Shown here piece by piece: positions 33,975 to 46,812 of a DNA stretch of 64,000 nt. The notes beneath the pieces were generated by a model. That model was not told the DNA's origin. It made no database searches and saw nothing but the letters and a program-made list of their open reading frames with translations. The DNA lies in NCBI GenBank assembly GCA_043228905.1, contig JBHGNT010000011.1, forward strand, positions 3,348,001 to 3,412,000, in the 5' to 3' direction. Origin of the DNA: Azolla caroliniana. Taxonomy: Eukaryota > Plantae > Polypodiophyta. A program made the translations under genes and the position numbers. Position 1 is the stretch's first letter. Each line of letters begins with the position of its first letter.

Positions 33975-34993
33975 GTTTGCAAACTTGAACTGAACCAAAC
34001 CAAACTGATTTGGTAGGGCTCAAGACAAACCAAACCAAACCAAACCTGAACTGTAGGAATCAACAACAGTTCGTTTTGGCTTAATTGGTTTGTGCTTTGT
34101 CCAAGTCAAACTGGTTAAGCCTTATTCGGTTTAGAAGTTTGCATACTTGAGCTGAACCAAACCAAACCGATTTGGTAGGGCTCAAGACAAACCAAACTTA
34201 CCTCGAACTTGTTAAAAAGGAAGCTCAAGCTTGAACCAAACCGATCTATCAAACCATTTGAAAATAGTTTAATGGCTTGGTTCCCACTTGAGCCAAACCA
34301 TCGCCAACTCCTACGGTATAGTAGCATGTTTCAAAGCTTTTCATTGCAAATCCAAAAAGGAATGGTAAAGGTCTACTACGAATGAGCTCTCTACATTTAG
34401 GTGTGGAGATAGTCCTTTTAGGAGTTTGCAAACTTCAACTGAACCAAACCAAACTGATTTGGTAGGGCTCAAGACAAACATAACTTACCTCGAACCTGTT
34501 AAAAGGAAGCTCAAGCTTGAACCAAACCAAACTGTCAAACCATTTGAAAATAGTTTAATGGCTCGATTCCCGCTTGAACCAAACCATCGCCAACTCCTAC
34601 GGTATAGTAGCATGTTTCAAAGCTTTCCATTGCAAATCCAAAAAGGAATGGCAAAGGTCTACTACGAATGAGCTCTCTACATTTAGGTGTGAAGATAGTC
34701 CTTTTCGGAGTTTGCAAACATCAACTGAACCAAACCAAACTGATTTGGTGGGGCTCAAGACAAACAGATTTGACCTCAAACCTGTTAAAAAGGAAGCTCA
34801 AGCTTGAACCAAACCAAACTATCAAAACATTTAAAAATAGTTTAATGGCTCGGTTCCAGCTTGAGCCAAACCATCGCCAACTCCTACGGTATAGTAGCAT
34901 GTTTCAAAGCTTGCCATTGCAAATCGAGAAAGGAATGGCAAAGGTCTACTACAAATGAGCTCTCTACATTTAGGTGTGGAGCTAGTCCTTTTA
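33975..34993. repeat. Tandem repeat, about 287-bp unit x3 plus a partial upstream copy
   Basis: Units start GTTTGCA.AC at 34137, 34424 and 34710; partial copy at 33975-34050. Confidence 0.92.
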
Positions 34994-36143
34994 AGTTCTC
35001 ACCAATGTGCAAAGCAGACAATCTCAAGTACACTATAGTGCATGGGGTGGTGCCTAGATTTGAGTCTTTCCTTTACATGATGCTAGAGACCAAGCCTTTT
35101 TTGTTGTCTTACTTGTGGCTCCTTGGAACTCACAACAAAGCTAACAAGACAATTGCCTTGTTATCATATCATTGCAAATGTTGGGAAGCACCCCGAGTGT
35201 GTTCTGTGTGTGATTTGTGGTGCTCTTTAGCTTGTAAGTTCTAAACCATTGTGATTTTAGTGTACATCAAGGGTCCTTCATGGCTCATGTGTGTATTGTA
35301 TTGTATTGCCCCTTTAAACTCAAATTTCTATGATAACGCAAAACTTGTCGTACATTACTTTGGATAATAATAATTTGGCAAGCCAATGGTAGTTTTGAGT
35401 TGCCTAGTTCGAGAGGCCTCATGCAACCATCTCTATTTTTAGGCCGATGCTTTGACCCAATTTGGTGAGAGCTTTCTTTCACAAGTTTTTACATATTTCC
35501 ATTAATGACCCATTCCATGACATTCATTGCCCATGTCACATCCACGACATACCCATGACCACCTATACCAACTTCACTATTTCCCAAGAGATCTTTACAT
35601 ATCCATGATCTTGCCACAACCCTTTACACCCTTACTTTCTATATGTAATCGAGATTCTCGTAATCAATACAATTTTTTATATGAGATCCTTTACACATCC
35701 ATGGCATACCCACGAAAGTTATACCTTGGCATTCCATGCCTACCATTCAGTGAGTCTTTTGCATAGAGATTTGCATTTGAATCTATGGAACATATCATTC
35801 ACACAATTTCATCATATTGTCACTCGACAAGCCATTACCAATAATAACTCGTTATCCTATCATTACAAAAAGCTCAAACGTGGTGTTCCATTGACATAAA
35901 ACTTAAATTATTGGAATACCATGAACATAAAGCCATTATAATAAACGTAAGCCCCCACCCATCATTTCAAATTTCAATCTCATTAGTATTGGGCTTGTCA
36001 TTAACATCACAAAAGTTTATGTTCTATGAATGTCTACCTAGAAAGGAAGTTTCTACTTAGCATAATGACAAAGAAAGACCCCCTTCATCACCACGAAGAA
36101 GACGCAGAGATTGAAACCAGCCCCAACCGGTTATGCTCTATCA

Positions 36144-36747
36144 TGTAGTGGTGCAAAGATTCGAACAAACAGAAAACGGGAAGCAAAACACACAAATACA
36201 GTGACACAAGATGTTTTATGTGGAAAACCCCAACTGGGTAAAAAACCACGGGAGCCCACAGACTCCAAACAAATCACTATGAGAAGAAATACAAAGTGAA
36301 CTCACATTCACCTACCTTGAGTTCGTTTGCTTCGCCCACAGGCGGTTACAACAGAGATCCTAGAGCGCTCTCTCTCTCTCTCTCTCACGCTATGTGTGCA
36401 ACATATGCATTGGGCAACGACCTCACACTCACTATACAATGAAAAATTAACTCATAAATCTTTTGCCCTAGTTATATTTATACTCCTATAACTTTCATGC
36501 TTATTTACAAGTAGGGCCTAAGCAAGCGTAGCACAAAATCTATTTACATATGTGGCCCTTTCTTGATGGTTATACGAGCTTGATTCGAACACCGATCCGG
36601 ATCCGGGTCCGACCTTTCTTCTCCTTCTGATCCAACTGATCCGGCTCGTGTTCTCCTTCCCATCCAGATGGACTCGTTTCATAACAAACTCCCCCTTTGC
36701 TTCGGCATGGGGTGCTTCGTCAAACCGACCGACTTCGACACTCGTTC
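36144..36747 (-). mobile_element. 3' end of copia element E (LTR 36144-36686, PPT, RNaseH end); continues at 42718-~42904
   Basis: TGTAG...TAACA followed by AACTCCCCCT. RNaseH text (DNQSAIHLAKN..YHSRTKHI..RYH...DMLTK) continues across the element C insertion. Confidence 0.85.
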
Positions 36748-39568
36748 TGAAGGACAGATATGCGCGGAAACGTATGTGAGGATCTGTCGGTTATGCTCAG
36801 CAAACAACACAGAAGGAAGGCAAGGAGATATAGACACACAGATGAAGCTTTAATGGAAAGTCTCTTTATATCTCTCTCTCTCTCTCTTAAAGACTCGACG
36901 TACAGGATGATCAAAAGATTATCTCTTACAACGTTGAGTTATTGCTTATATACTAAGCCCTAGCTATATGGACGAGTTCATACTAGGATACAAAGTGGAA
37001 GGAGTTGGCCTTTTATGCCAACAAACTCCCCCGTAAAAGGACTACTCTTTCCTACATGTACATGTGTTTGGGGTTGTCTCCCCCGTAAACCTAGATTACA
37101 ACACTAATTTAATTTATGTTACAAGTTGGTCGGCATATAGTCAAGTCGGTATAGGTGAGGTCCGTGTCGAGCCCAACATGGCTCATTATCATGATTGATT
37201 CGGTTGACTCTTACCTTTTGCTCCTCGTTCGGCTTTCTTCTACTCAGTTGCTTGTCGTAGTCCCATCTTTGTCCTTAGTGCTCTGAAGCGTTGATCTAGC
37301 AGTGGCTTTGTCAGGCAATCGACGATGTTCACCTCGATGTTGATCTTCCAAACTTCGAGCCTCTTCTCAATTATGAGCTCCCGAATGTGATGATACCGTA
37401 CCTCAATGTGCTTCGTCTTTGCGTGATAGACGAGATTGTTAATGAGGTGAATTGTGCTCTATGAGTCGCAATAGATGGTCGGCATTGTTCGGTCGATTCG
37501 GCTTGTAGATGAGAAGTTGGCAGATAGTCGGTGCAGCCAGATCGCTTCCTTCGCTGCCTCCGATGCTGCTATCTACTCAGTCTCTGTGGTTGATAGGGTC
37601 GTGCACACTTGAAGCTTTGACCCCCATGATATTGCACCGCCACCATAGGTGTAAATATAGCCTGATGTTGACTTCCAATTATCTGTATTTCTGGCATAAT
37701 CGGAGTTAGTGTAGCCTTCGACTTCAGCTGAGGTTGTCAAACCGAAAGTCAGCTTTGTATCTTTGGTCCCTCTCAAGTACCTGAATATGTGCTTGATGGT
37801 CTCCCAATGCTTCTGTCCTGGGTTTGACATGTACCAGCTGACCACTCCTACGACATAGGCTAGGTCGGGTCGGGTCGCCACCATTGCGTACATGATACTT
37901 CCTACTGCTAATGCATAGGGCATCTTTCCATTAAGCTCTCTCTCCTTGTCCATTGAAGGAGAGTCTCTATCCGATAGTCGGATTGACGTTGGAAGCGGTG
38001 TTGGTGCTTGCTTCGCATTCTGCATGTTGAAGCGCCTCAACACCTTCCAGATATAGTCGAACTAGGAGAGTTGGAGAGTCTTGGTCGTCCGATTTCGCTC
38101 GATCCTCATGCCCAATATGTGACGGGCTTGTTTGAGTTCCTTCATCGCAAACTTGTCGTGAAGGCTCCACTTCAGCTTTCTGATCTTTGCTTGATTTCTT
38201 CCTGTGATCAACATGTCGTCGACATATAGGATCAAATAAATCCTAGACTCGTCGGCCAGTTGCCGAATATACATGCATGGGTCGGAGTCAAATCAGCGGT
38301 ATCCAAGTTGCCTGATGTAGGAGTCAAACTTCTGGTACTACATCCTCGATGCTTGTTTCAAGCCATAGAGGCTTTTCTTCAATCGTCATACGAGGCGCCT
38401 TTCCTCCCCCTTCGTTGTGCAGCCTGCCGGTTGAGACATGTAAATGTACTTCTTCCAGATCTCCGTGTAGGAATGTCGAGCTCCAGGTCTTCTGTTGCTA
38501 CAACCCCTAGTAAGAGTCAGAGGGTGGTCATCTTGACTACTGGTGGGAATATCTCGTCTTAGTCGACCCCGTGTGCTTGTTTGAAACCTTTCGCGACAAG
38601 ATGAACTTTGTACTTGGGTTTCTCTGAGTCAGATACATATTTGTATCGGAAAACCCATTTGCAAGGTATCGGCTTTCTTCCAACTGGTAGTTCGACCAAC
38701 TCCCATGTCTGATTCTTGTGAATCGAGTCCATTTCGGATTTCATGGCTTGTAGCCATGTTTTGGCGACCGTTGCGTCCATAGCTTCTTCATAAGTGCTTG
38801 GTTCACCTGCATTGGTGTAGTTGAAGTAGTTGACGCAAGGTTGGTAGAACTTTGTCGGCCTTCGAGCTCGTCCAGATCTCCTAGATGCCGAGATAAGTGG
38901 CTCAGATTCTTCGATCGGCTCTATTGGTCAATCGGTATTTGTTGAACCATTTGTGTTAGGAGTCTTGTTAGGTGACACGCCCCCAAGTCGGGATTTCAGT
39001 GGTGTCACGTTGTCCTCCCCTATGAACTTTGTCGACTCAGTTTTGTTTCCTACTCGCATCTTGTTGACTTTGCCTTCTTCAACTCTTGTTGAATCGGCTC
39101 TGTCTTTGATGGCTTTGTCTTCGAGTTCGACTAGTGGACTTCCTACCGATTTGGAGTCGGTAGGTATGTTGTCGGCTTGGTCGAGTTCAACTGTTTGTCG
39201 AATCTCTGAGTCGGCCCGGTGGGTTGGTCCTTCTACAACGTCTCTGTCGTCTTTGAAGGATACCTTTTTACCAACTATTTTCTTTTGGTTTCGCTGAGAG
39301 AAGATAGAGTCTTCATTGAAGACTACGTCACTGCTCTAGATCAATTTCCGGTTCTCAGGATCCCATATCCATTAGCCGAAGTTCCCATCGGTTCCATAAC
39401 CGAGAAATATGCATTTCGTCGCATGGGGTGCCAACTTGGTCCTTTTCTTCCTGGGATGAACGTGTAGCCTTCGCATCCAAATACACGAAGCCTATCGTAG
39501 GTCGGCTGTTTGCCTGACCATAGTGCCTGTGGCCCTTCAAGCTTGATTGCCTTCGACGGTGATAGATT

Positions 39569-40009
39569 TGTTACTAGTTAGGAACACAGTCCACCCTCAG
39601 TCCTTCGAGGTAGCTTACAAGGTGATCGTGCTGCAAGGGAATAGGATGCGTAGTGCGTGATTTGTAAGGCGTAAGGGGGGGACGACTACAACCGAACCTC
39701 CATATGAGCGTAGTTACCCAACGCGTACTTACCTGGTGTTTACTGCAACACAATCTTGTACAGAGAACGAGAAATGAAAACAAGAGACCAATAGACAGAA
39801 TACCAAGATCAGAGAAGATAAAACTATATTAAAACGACGCTCTTACAATACGCTCCCTTTTACAGTGGTCTTTCACCCCTTATATACACAGGGCTTCTAA
39901 TCAGTTACGCTCCATGCGTGAACCGTTACCCGCGTTACTTTAAAGCTTCTAATATAATACTCTATTTTCCATGCGTTATGTCCGGCGGTTACAATTCTGG
40001 CTGACAACA
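39569..40009 (-). mobile_element. Solo LTR (441 bp)
   Basis: TGTT...AACA termini with TSD AGATT; inserted in the integrase of element C. Orientation inferred from a TATA-like motif. Confidence 0.9.
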
Positions 40010-41302
40010 AGATTTACCAAGTATATTGTTGTCTGCAATGCCTCAGCCCAGAACTCTAGCTTCAATCCAGCTTGTTGGAGCATTGTCGTCACCCTCTCCT
40101 GGATCGTTTGGTTGATCTGTTTTGCCACTCCATTTTGCGTGGGTGTGTAAGGAACAATCTTTTGATGCCAAATCACTTTGTTGGATAGGTATTGCTGGAA
40201 GGCTCTGGAGGTATATTTGCCTCCGTTGTTGGATTGGAGTGTCTTCACTCTGTGTCCCGACTGGTTCTCCACTTTAGATGTCCACCAAGTGAAGACCTCT
40301 CGCGCTTCTTCTTTGGACCTGATCGACTAGGCCCATACCTTCCATCTACAGTCATCTACAAAGGTGATGAAGTATCTGGAGCTTCCTAGTGATTACTCTA
40401 GCATGGGCCCACATATATCTATGTGCACGAGCTATAGGGGCTTTTGTACCATATCCTAGTGGAGAGTGTGCAGACTTTGGGTCTATTTCCCGTATCGACA
40501 ATGGTTGCAGAAGTCCATCTTTGCTTGGAGTTTTGGGATGTAGCCTACTGACATTAGTCGATCAAGTTCGGCTTGAGACATATGATCGAGTTGGCCATGC
40601 CAAGTTTGGGTCGGTTTTTTCGGCTACGTTCACGACCCCTTCTAGATTGATCGCCATCATTGGGTACAAGTTATTGTACTTGTGCTCGCCTCCTATCTTC
40701 AGGTTTCCTTGGTTGATCATCCATACAGATTTACTTAGAGTCTTTTGTACCTGTCCTTGGCTAGCATGCCGATGGAGACCAGACTCCTTTTCAGATCAGG
40801 TATGTGTCGAACTCGGTGCAGGGTTATTGTGTTGCCGTTTGGCAATCTGATGGGAACCTCTCTGGTCCTTGCTATTCTGCACGCCTGCCCATTGCCTAGT
40901 CGGACTGTGTCGCTGGTGTCGGCTAAATAGTTCGAAAACCATTCAATGTTTGGGGTCACTTGGAATGTGGCACCAAGATCCAGTAGCCACGTGTGTGCAT
41001 CCTGTGCACTGTAGAGGAATTATCCGATCATTGAATCCTTTATTGATCGGGAGAGTGGCCCGAGTTGGGCTATCCTCGATTTCGCTTAGATCACCGACCA
41101 CTCTCTTTCCTCTTGATCGACCAACAGTCGAAAACATTATGGACAGCTTTTCTGTAGTGTGTGCAGAATTCGCCTAATCGGCCCGTTCTCGACTTCGATT
41201 GTTCTCGTTTTTTATCATTTGGTGTTCCGACCGGTTCTGTCGGCTTGTTCTCTCGTTCGACTCAGTCGAGTGATGGGCTTCTGCCGATTCATTGATGGTA
41301 AG

Positions 41303-41751
41303 TGTCATGACACATTGACATCAAATATATAGTTAGTAAGGATTGAACCTGCAACCTCACATCAACGAGATGTCATGCTCAACCACTTTGACATGACCAT
41401 ACATTTGTATAAGATGGTGTAGTATTCTATAGTCTAGTGTACAATACATTTCAGAATAAGAATATTCTACTCGTTAGTATATTCTAGAGATATTGTACGA
41501 TATATTCTAGATGAGTATATTCTAGAGATATTCAATCTTGTAACTTGTATAAATACTTGTAACCTTCTTGGTCTCTTTCAAGGGATTCAACACCAGTCAT
41601 TGACACATCAATCTAGTATTCTCGTTTCATTCCATCTTGTCTCCTTCTTCATCTCTGTCTTCATTCTCTTTTGTCGTTCCTAGCTTCTTAAGTTCCTTGT
41701 AGCCTTGTCATCCGTGCTCCGTCCTAGTCTGTGCTTGGTGCGTCCATGACA
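41303..41751 (+). mobile_element. Solo LTR (449 bp) carrying an antisense tRNA-like module
   Basis: TGTCATG...CATGACA termini, TSD GTAAG, TATAAATA at about 41548. Same family as 14350-15100. Confidence 0.93.
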
Positions 41752-42559
41752 GTAAGTCCCATTGATTTTCGCCAAATGTCCTCTGTGAGAACTTGGTTGA
41801 TCGTCTCATCCAGATTTAGGATCGGTCGGCTATTGGTGTATGTCGTGTAGAATACCTCCTAACTCGCCGACAAGCTCGATAGGAGGGCAAGGGCTTTCAC
41901 TTCTTCTTCGAAGTTGATCCCTTGTGAGAAGATTTCTGACAACACCCGGCTGAAGGTGTTGTTGATGTGAGAGGTAGTTGGATCGATCTCTCTCATCTTC
42001 ATGTTGAACAGTTGTTTGATCAAGATTAGTTTTGAAGATGAGGACTTTTTCTCGTACACGGCTTGTAACTTCTCCCACAATGAAATCGATATCGTCTCTT
42101 TTGCCATGTTGCAGTAGAAGTTTTTGGCTAGATCCATTCGAATGGTGGAGCGTGCGATTTTGTCCATTGATCTCCACTCATCGACTAACATTGAAGCAGG
42201 CTTTTCAGAGTGTCGAATGGCCTCGACCTGTCTTTGAATAATTAGTATGTCCTGCATCATCTCCTTCCATAGGGCAAAGTTTTTGCTGTTGAAATTTCGG
42301 ATCTAAACTCCTGTACCGGATGTTGATGCCACAATTCTTTTGAAAGTGAGATTTGTTAACCTGGTCTTTTTTTTTGCTTTCAACATTTTCTGTTGTTTGT
42401 TGCCGCCGAGCCGCGGATCGCTCTGATACTTGTTGAAGGACAGATATGCTCGGAAACGTATGCTCAGATCTGTTGGTTATGCTCAACAAACAACACAGAA
42501 GGAAGGCAAGGAGATATAAACACACATATGAAGCTTTAATGGAAGCTCTCTTTATTTCT

Positions 42560-42608
<49 letters not shown>

Positions 42609-42900
42609 GAGACTCGATGTACAGGATGATCAAGACATTATCTCTTTACAACGTTAAGTTATACTAAGCCCTAACACTAGGATACAAAGTGGAAGGAGTC
42701 GGCCTTTTATGCCAACACGTTCAACCTCTCCGCCAACAACACCTTTGTCAGCATGTCTGACTCATTCTCTGATGTGTGCACCTTTACTAGAGCAAACTTC
42801 TTTTCTTCTACCCTCCCTCTAAGACAATGGTATCTTCGTTGGATGTGCTTAGTCCTCGAGTGATAGGCAACATTCTTCGCAAGGTGGATGGCACTTTGGT

Positions 42901-43682
42901 TGTCGTTTTCAACACGCGGTCAAGAGAAAACGATAGGGGTGTTTAGATACAACTAATAGTCAACACGCAAACAAGAGAAAAGATAGAGTTTTTAGTCAAA
43001 GCGAAATGGTGAGATATTTATTATTATAAAGAGAGAATGTTACAACTAGGTTAGAGAATTAAGAGAATGAATGATAATGTAGGCTAGAGGGCTCGAGGCT
43101 GGTGTTGAAGAGGAATGACTTGAAAATAGTGAGGGGCTTCAATTTATAGGAGTACGTGATGCAAGAGCAAGCAATGCCACATGTCATCCCTGCATGAGTT
43201 TCAGAATGTTTTATAATGTTGTATGCATACATCTCTTAATAATGACAAAAATTATTATCACATAATCTAAATGACCCAACGGGTAAGGTGTTATAAGATG
43301 AGTGCCAGGGTCAAGGGTTCACGCTTTGGCATGACCAGTATTTATGACATTATCCCCCTCTTAAAACGACAAGTGCTACAAGTCACCAGGGACGAAAGGC
43401 TAGTTTTGTCCGGATACTTGCGATGGAAGGCATCGACAAGGGCTTGAGTATTAGTAACATTGTCGACAAGCTCCCAAGTACGATTGTTGGGACCGTAGCC
43501 AAGCCAATCCACCAAGTAATATAGCTTACTATGGATGATCTTGGAATCAAGGATAGCTGCGACCTCATATTTTGGGCCATTAATGAGTTGAACGACCAAT
43601 GGAGGTGGCATAACACGATGTGGAATATTGCTAGTAGCACAAGGCTCGAGGAGTGAACAATGAAATATTGGGTGAAGACACA
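42901..43682 (-). mobile_element. 3' fragment of a chromovirus related to 4498-10156 (chromodomain, PPT, 3' LTR starting at 43349)
   Basis: LHPIFHCSLLEP...YEVAAILDSK...YYLVDWLGY...RFKRGIMS; LTR starts TGTCATAA; distal LTR end approximate. Confidence 0.88.
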
Positions 43683-45156
43683 TGTAAAGAATTGGGTATG
43701 ATTCTTGTGTAGCGGAATAGGTGTGAATTGTGTGTGTGTATGAGAGAGAGAGTGAGAGAGACAAGGAGTAAGACACAGAGTATATGCAAGGTAGATTATA
43801 TTAACAAAGGATAAAGACTCAACTTCTACAAGGTGGGAGGAGGGTGCGTTATATAGTCACCCTCTCTCTTCATTAACTACAAGACTCATGGAGCATGGGG
43901 AATGTGAAAGCTCATAAGTTATGTGTCATAGAATATGATATGACTCATACTAAATGCTAAAATACAAAGTGGTGACATAGTGGTGACTCTTGACCGTTGG
44001 AGTGTCTATTCACTCTCAAGGTGAGTTCACACACTAGACCAAGTTGAGCTTGATTCTCAACACGCCCCCTCAAGTTGAAGTCGGGTCGGTTCAGACGGTA
44101 TCCGAAATCCGCTTTGACTCCCGTTCCGGAGTCCGCGTCGACTCGCATTTATGCGGAATAGCGTTGCGGAATCCATGCTCCAACTTGCGTTGTGCGTAGT
44201 TGCGAAATCCACGCATTATTGCGTAGTGTCTTCAGTACTCCCCCTCAAGCTTGGCAGGTCAAGGATCGTCAATCCGAGATCAGTCATGAATTGCCATAGC
44301 TTGTCGTTTCCTAAGGCTTTAGTGAAGATGTCGGCCGTTTGAAGATTTGTGCTAATGTGTTGTAGGTCGACATTGCCAGCTAGAACGTGCTCTCGGATGA
44401 AGTGATAGTGCACTTCGATGTGCTTTGTCCGCGCGTGGAACACCGGGTTCCGAGCCAGATAGATACTGCTCATGTTGTCGCAGTAAAGGGAAGTCGGATC
44501 CTTGATGGGTACGCCCAGATCCTTGAGTATCCTTTTGAGCCATACGGCTTCACATGCGGCCACTGCCGCGCTCCTGTATTCTGCCTCTGTGCTCGAAAGA
44601 GCGACGGTTGGTTGCTTTTTACTGCTCCAGGATATTGCTCCACTGTCGAGGGAAAAAACAAATCCGGAGGTTGCTCTTCTATCAGCTTTGTAGCTGGCCC
44701 AATCGGCATATGTGTACCCCTCGAGTCGTATTGGCATCGCGATCTTGTAGAGGGTGCCGCAATCCAGTGTGCCGCTCACGTATCGTAGAACTTGCTTAGC
44801 GCAATCCAGTGTGCCGCTCATGTATCGTAGAACTCGCTTAGCGCAATCCAGTGTGCCGCTCATGTATCGTAGAACTCGCTTAGCGCAATCCAAGTGAGTA
44901 TCACGCGGTGTTTGCATGAATTGACTAAGGAGACCGACGGATAACTGAGATCGGGTCAAGTGATCGTGAGGTAGATGAGACTCCCGATGAGTTGCCGATA
45001 CTGAGTCGGCTCACACGCTTTGGTGCCGGAGTTCGCATCTAGTTTGAGATTGCGATCGAGCTGGGTTGCCGCGGCTTTGCACTCAGTTATACCAAACTTG
45101 TATAACAAGTTGAGGATGTAGTGTCGTTGAGAGATCATGATTCCGGTCGGAGTCTG
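43683..45156 (-). mobile_element. 3' fragment of copia element F (RT end, RNaseH, PPT, 3' LTR 43683-44062)
   Basis: ORFs 44956-45138 and 44216-44959 (SWSSKKQPTVALSSTEAEY, HARTKHIEVHYHF); LTR TGTAAAG...CTCAACA. Confidence 0.92.
44759..44892. repeat. In-frame 42-bp tandem triplication within copia F
   Basis: LDCAKRVLRYMSGT appears three times in ORF 44216-44959. Confidence 0.93.
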
Positions 45157-46812
45157 TCCTTATCTTTCATACATCGTCCTGAGTTAGGAGTAAATGTCAC
45201 CTAATCCTCTCTCATAAACTAGTTGAGGTATTTGGATCATATGTATACTTGGGAGTCACTTTTAGTGCTTGCTCAGGTAAATTCTCGATGACCCAGGCAA
45301 CCAAAGATAGGCTAACGAGAGGGTATGCATCCCTCTCACTCTTAGAGAGACAATGCCACCAGGCATACTTTCAAGAGCCACAAACTAAGGGATGGCTCTT
45401 CGACTCATTAGTGATCCCTTCCCTCATGTATGCATTAGTAGTATGGGCTCCAGGTCTACCATCTTTCATGTGGATGCAATTAGAGAGACCTTTGGTGACG
45501 ATGTTATCATGTCAACTCCGAAGCAAATCGACAGTACCACATGACATTATTAGAGTAGAGTTCAGTTTGCCCCCGATGTTAGTAGAAGCATTGTTTCAAG
45601 TGGTAGTTTTTATTCATCGGATACATAGCCAACCACAAGATAGGATATCCCGTCGAGCCTTTGAGGCATCCCGATCCCTACATGCGTCTGGAGACACCAA
45701 CTCTTGGTATAACATTGTGGTGAGTTGGTTACTTGCAAACGGCATAAACATTCATAACCTACCCCCCCTTAAATACAACCATGGGACTGACCAAACTCTA
45801 ATATCTCATGAAGACCATAATAAAGTGATATGCCAAGAAATATGGCAAATATACACTCGATATAAATGGATCACCCCATGAGAGCCACTCTCATCTAAAA
45901 TGTTGTACTATAAGGAACACTTATTACACTTCTCTCAATTAGGTTTTATTACATGACCAAGATATCTAGATACATTCTTATCAAATGCACTAAGGGTGGC
46001 CATTGGACAACTTAGATATCATCTCACGAACTTGAGATTGAGAATGGTCGGGCTAATAGAGTCCCTAGGGAGGAAAGGCCATGTAGGTTGTGCCACATAA
46101 AGATAGAAGATGTCTATCACTTCACATGCAAGTGTCCAACTTATGTCGAGATACGAGTGGAATAACAAGACATATTAGGACCCTCTCCAAACTATTAGAT
46201 GCCCCGGATGTAAAGAGACTAGGTAGGTATATCTTAGAGATAAAACAACATAGGGAGAATAAATTACAAAGTGTTAACCATGACCCTTTTACTATTTATC
46301 TACTTGTAACTAGTGCAATTTTTCAGGAACAAGGAGAGACGATGAATGTGGATACACTTACGCCGCTCTGCCTCTCTCTTGAGGAAGTTGAAATGCAAAG
46401 AACAACCAAACGCCCTTGGATGTTGGGTTTCAAAACAAGTCGACACATAGTAGAAAGGATTAAGAAGATAAGGGAACGTGAGCTACGTCGATTAGAAGCT
46501 ATGGTTGGGGTACCTTTTACATTGGGGCCATGGGCCACATCCACATCGAAACCCTTTGACCTCCCGCTTCTCTTCGAGAGACCTGGATGGAAATGAAATT
46601 AGGCCTAGTATAACATCATTTTCATTGTAGAACATCGTTGTTATTTTATTTTACTAGAACTATTTAGCTTAAAACTCTATTTTTATTTTTATTTTTTACT
46701 TTCGATGAATGGGTAAATATCCCATTTTTTGTTGTAAACCATTTGTCTCATGGGCCAATTTTGGCCTTAGAAGACGTTAATATATCTTTCTTTCTCTTTC
46801 TCTCTCTCTCTC
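45157..46812 (+). mobile_element. 5'-truncated LINE, same superfamily as 15849-17543
   Basis: YVYLGVTFS, LFDSLVIPSLMYA..VW, SHELEIENGR...PREER.C.LC motifs; 3' GAAGAC..TAATATA followed by a CT-rich tail. Confidence 0.82.

Larger units (their letters stand above)
36748..42717 (-). mobile_element. Full-length degenerate Ty1/copia element C with two nested solo LTRs
   Basis: LTRs 36748-37023 and 42434-42717 (TGAAGG...GCCAACA), TSD CGTTC, degenerate Met PBS at about 42420-42429, PPT at 37024, and gag/INT/RT/RNaseH remnants (LYVDDML, KPIPCKWVF, QNGVA). Confidence 0.93.

Noticed and set aside
33927-33977. Interstitial telomere array
   Set aside because: Only two or three scattered TTTAGGG-like words, consistent with common telo-box-like sequence.
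33975-34993. Possible CRISPR-like array
   Set aside because: Whole 287-bp units repeat with no unique spacers, the context is eukaryotic and there are no cas genes. The same applies to the 114-bp array at 61592-61927.
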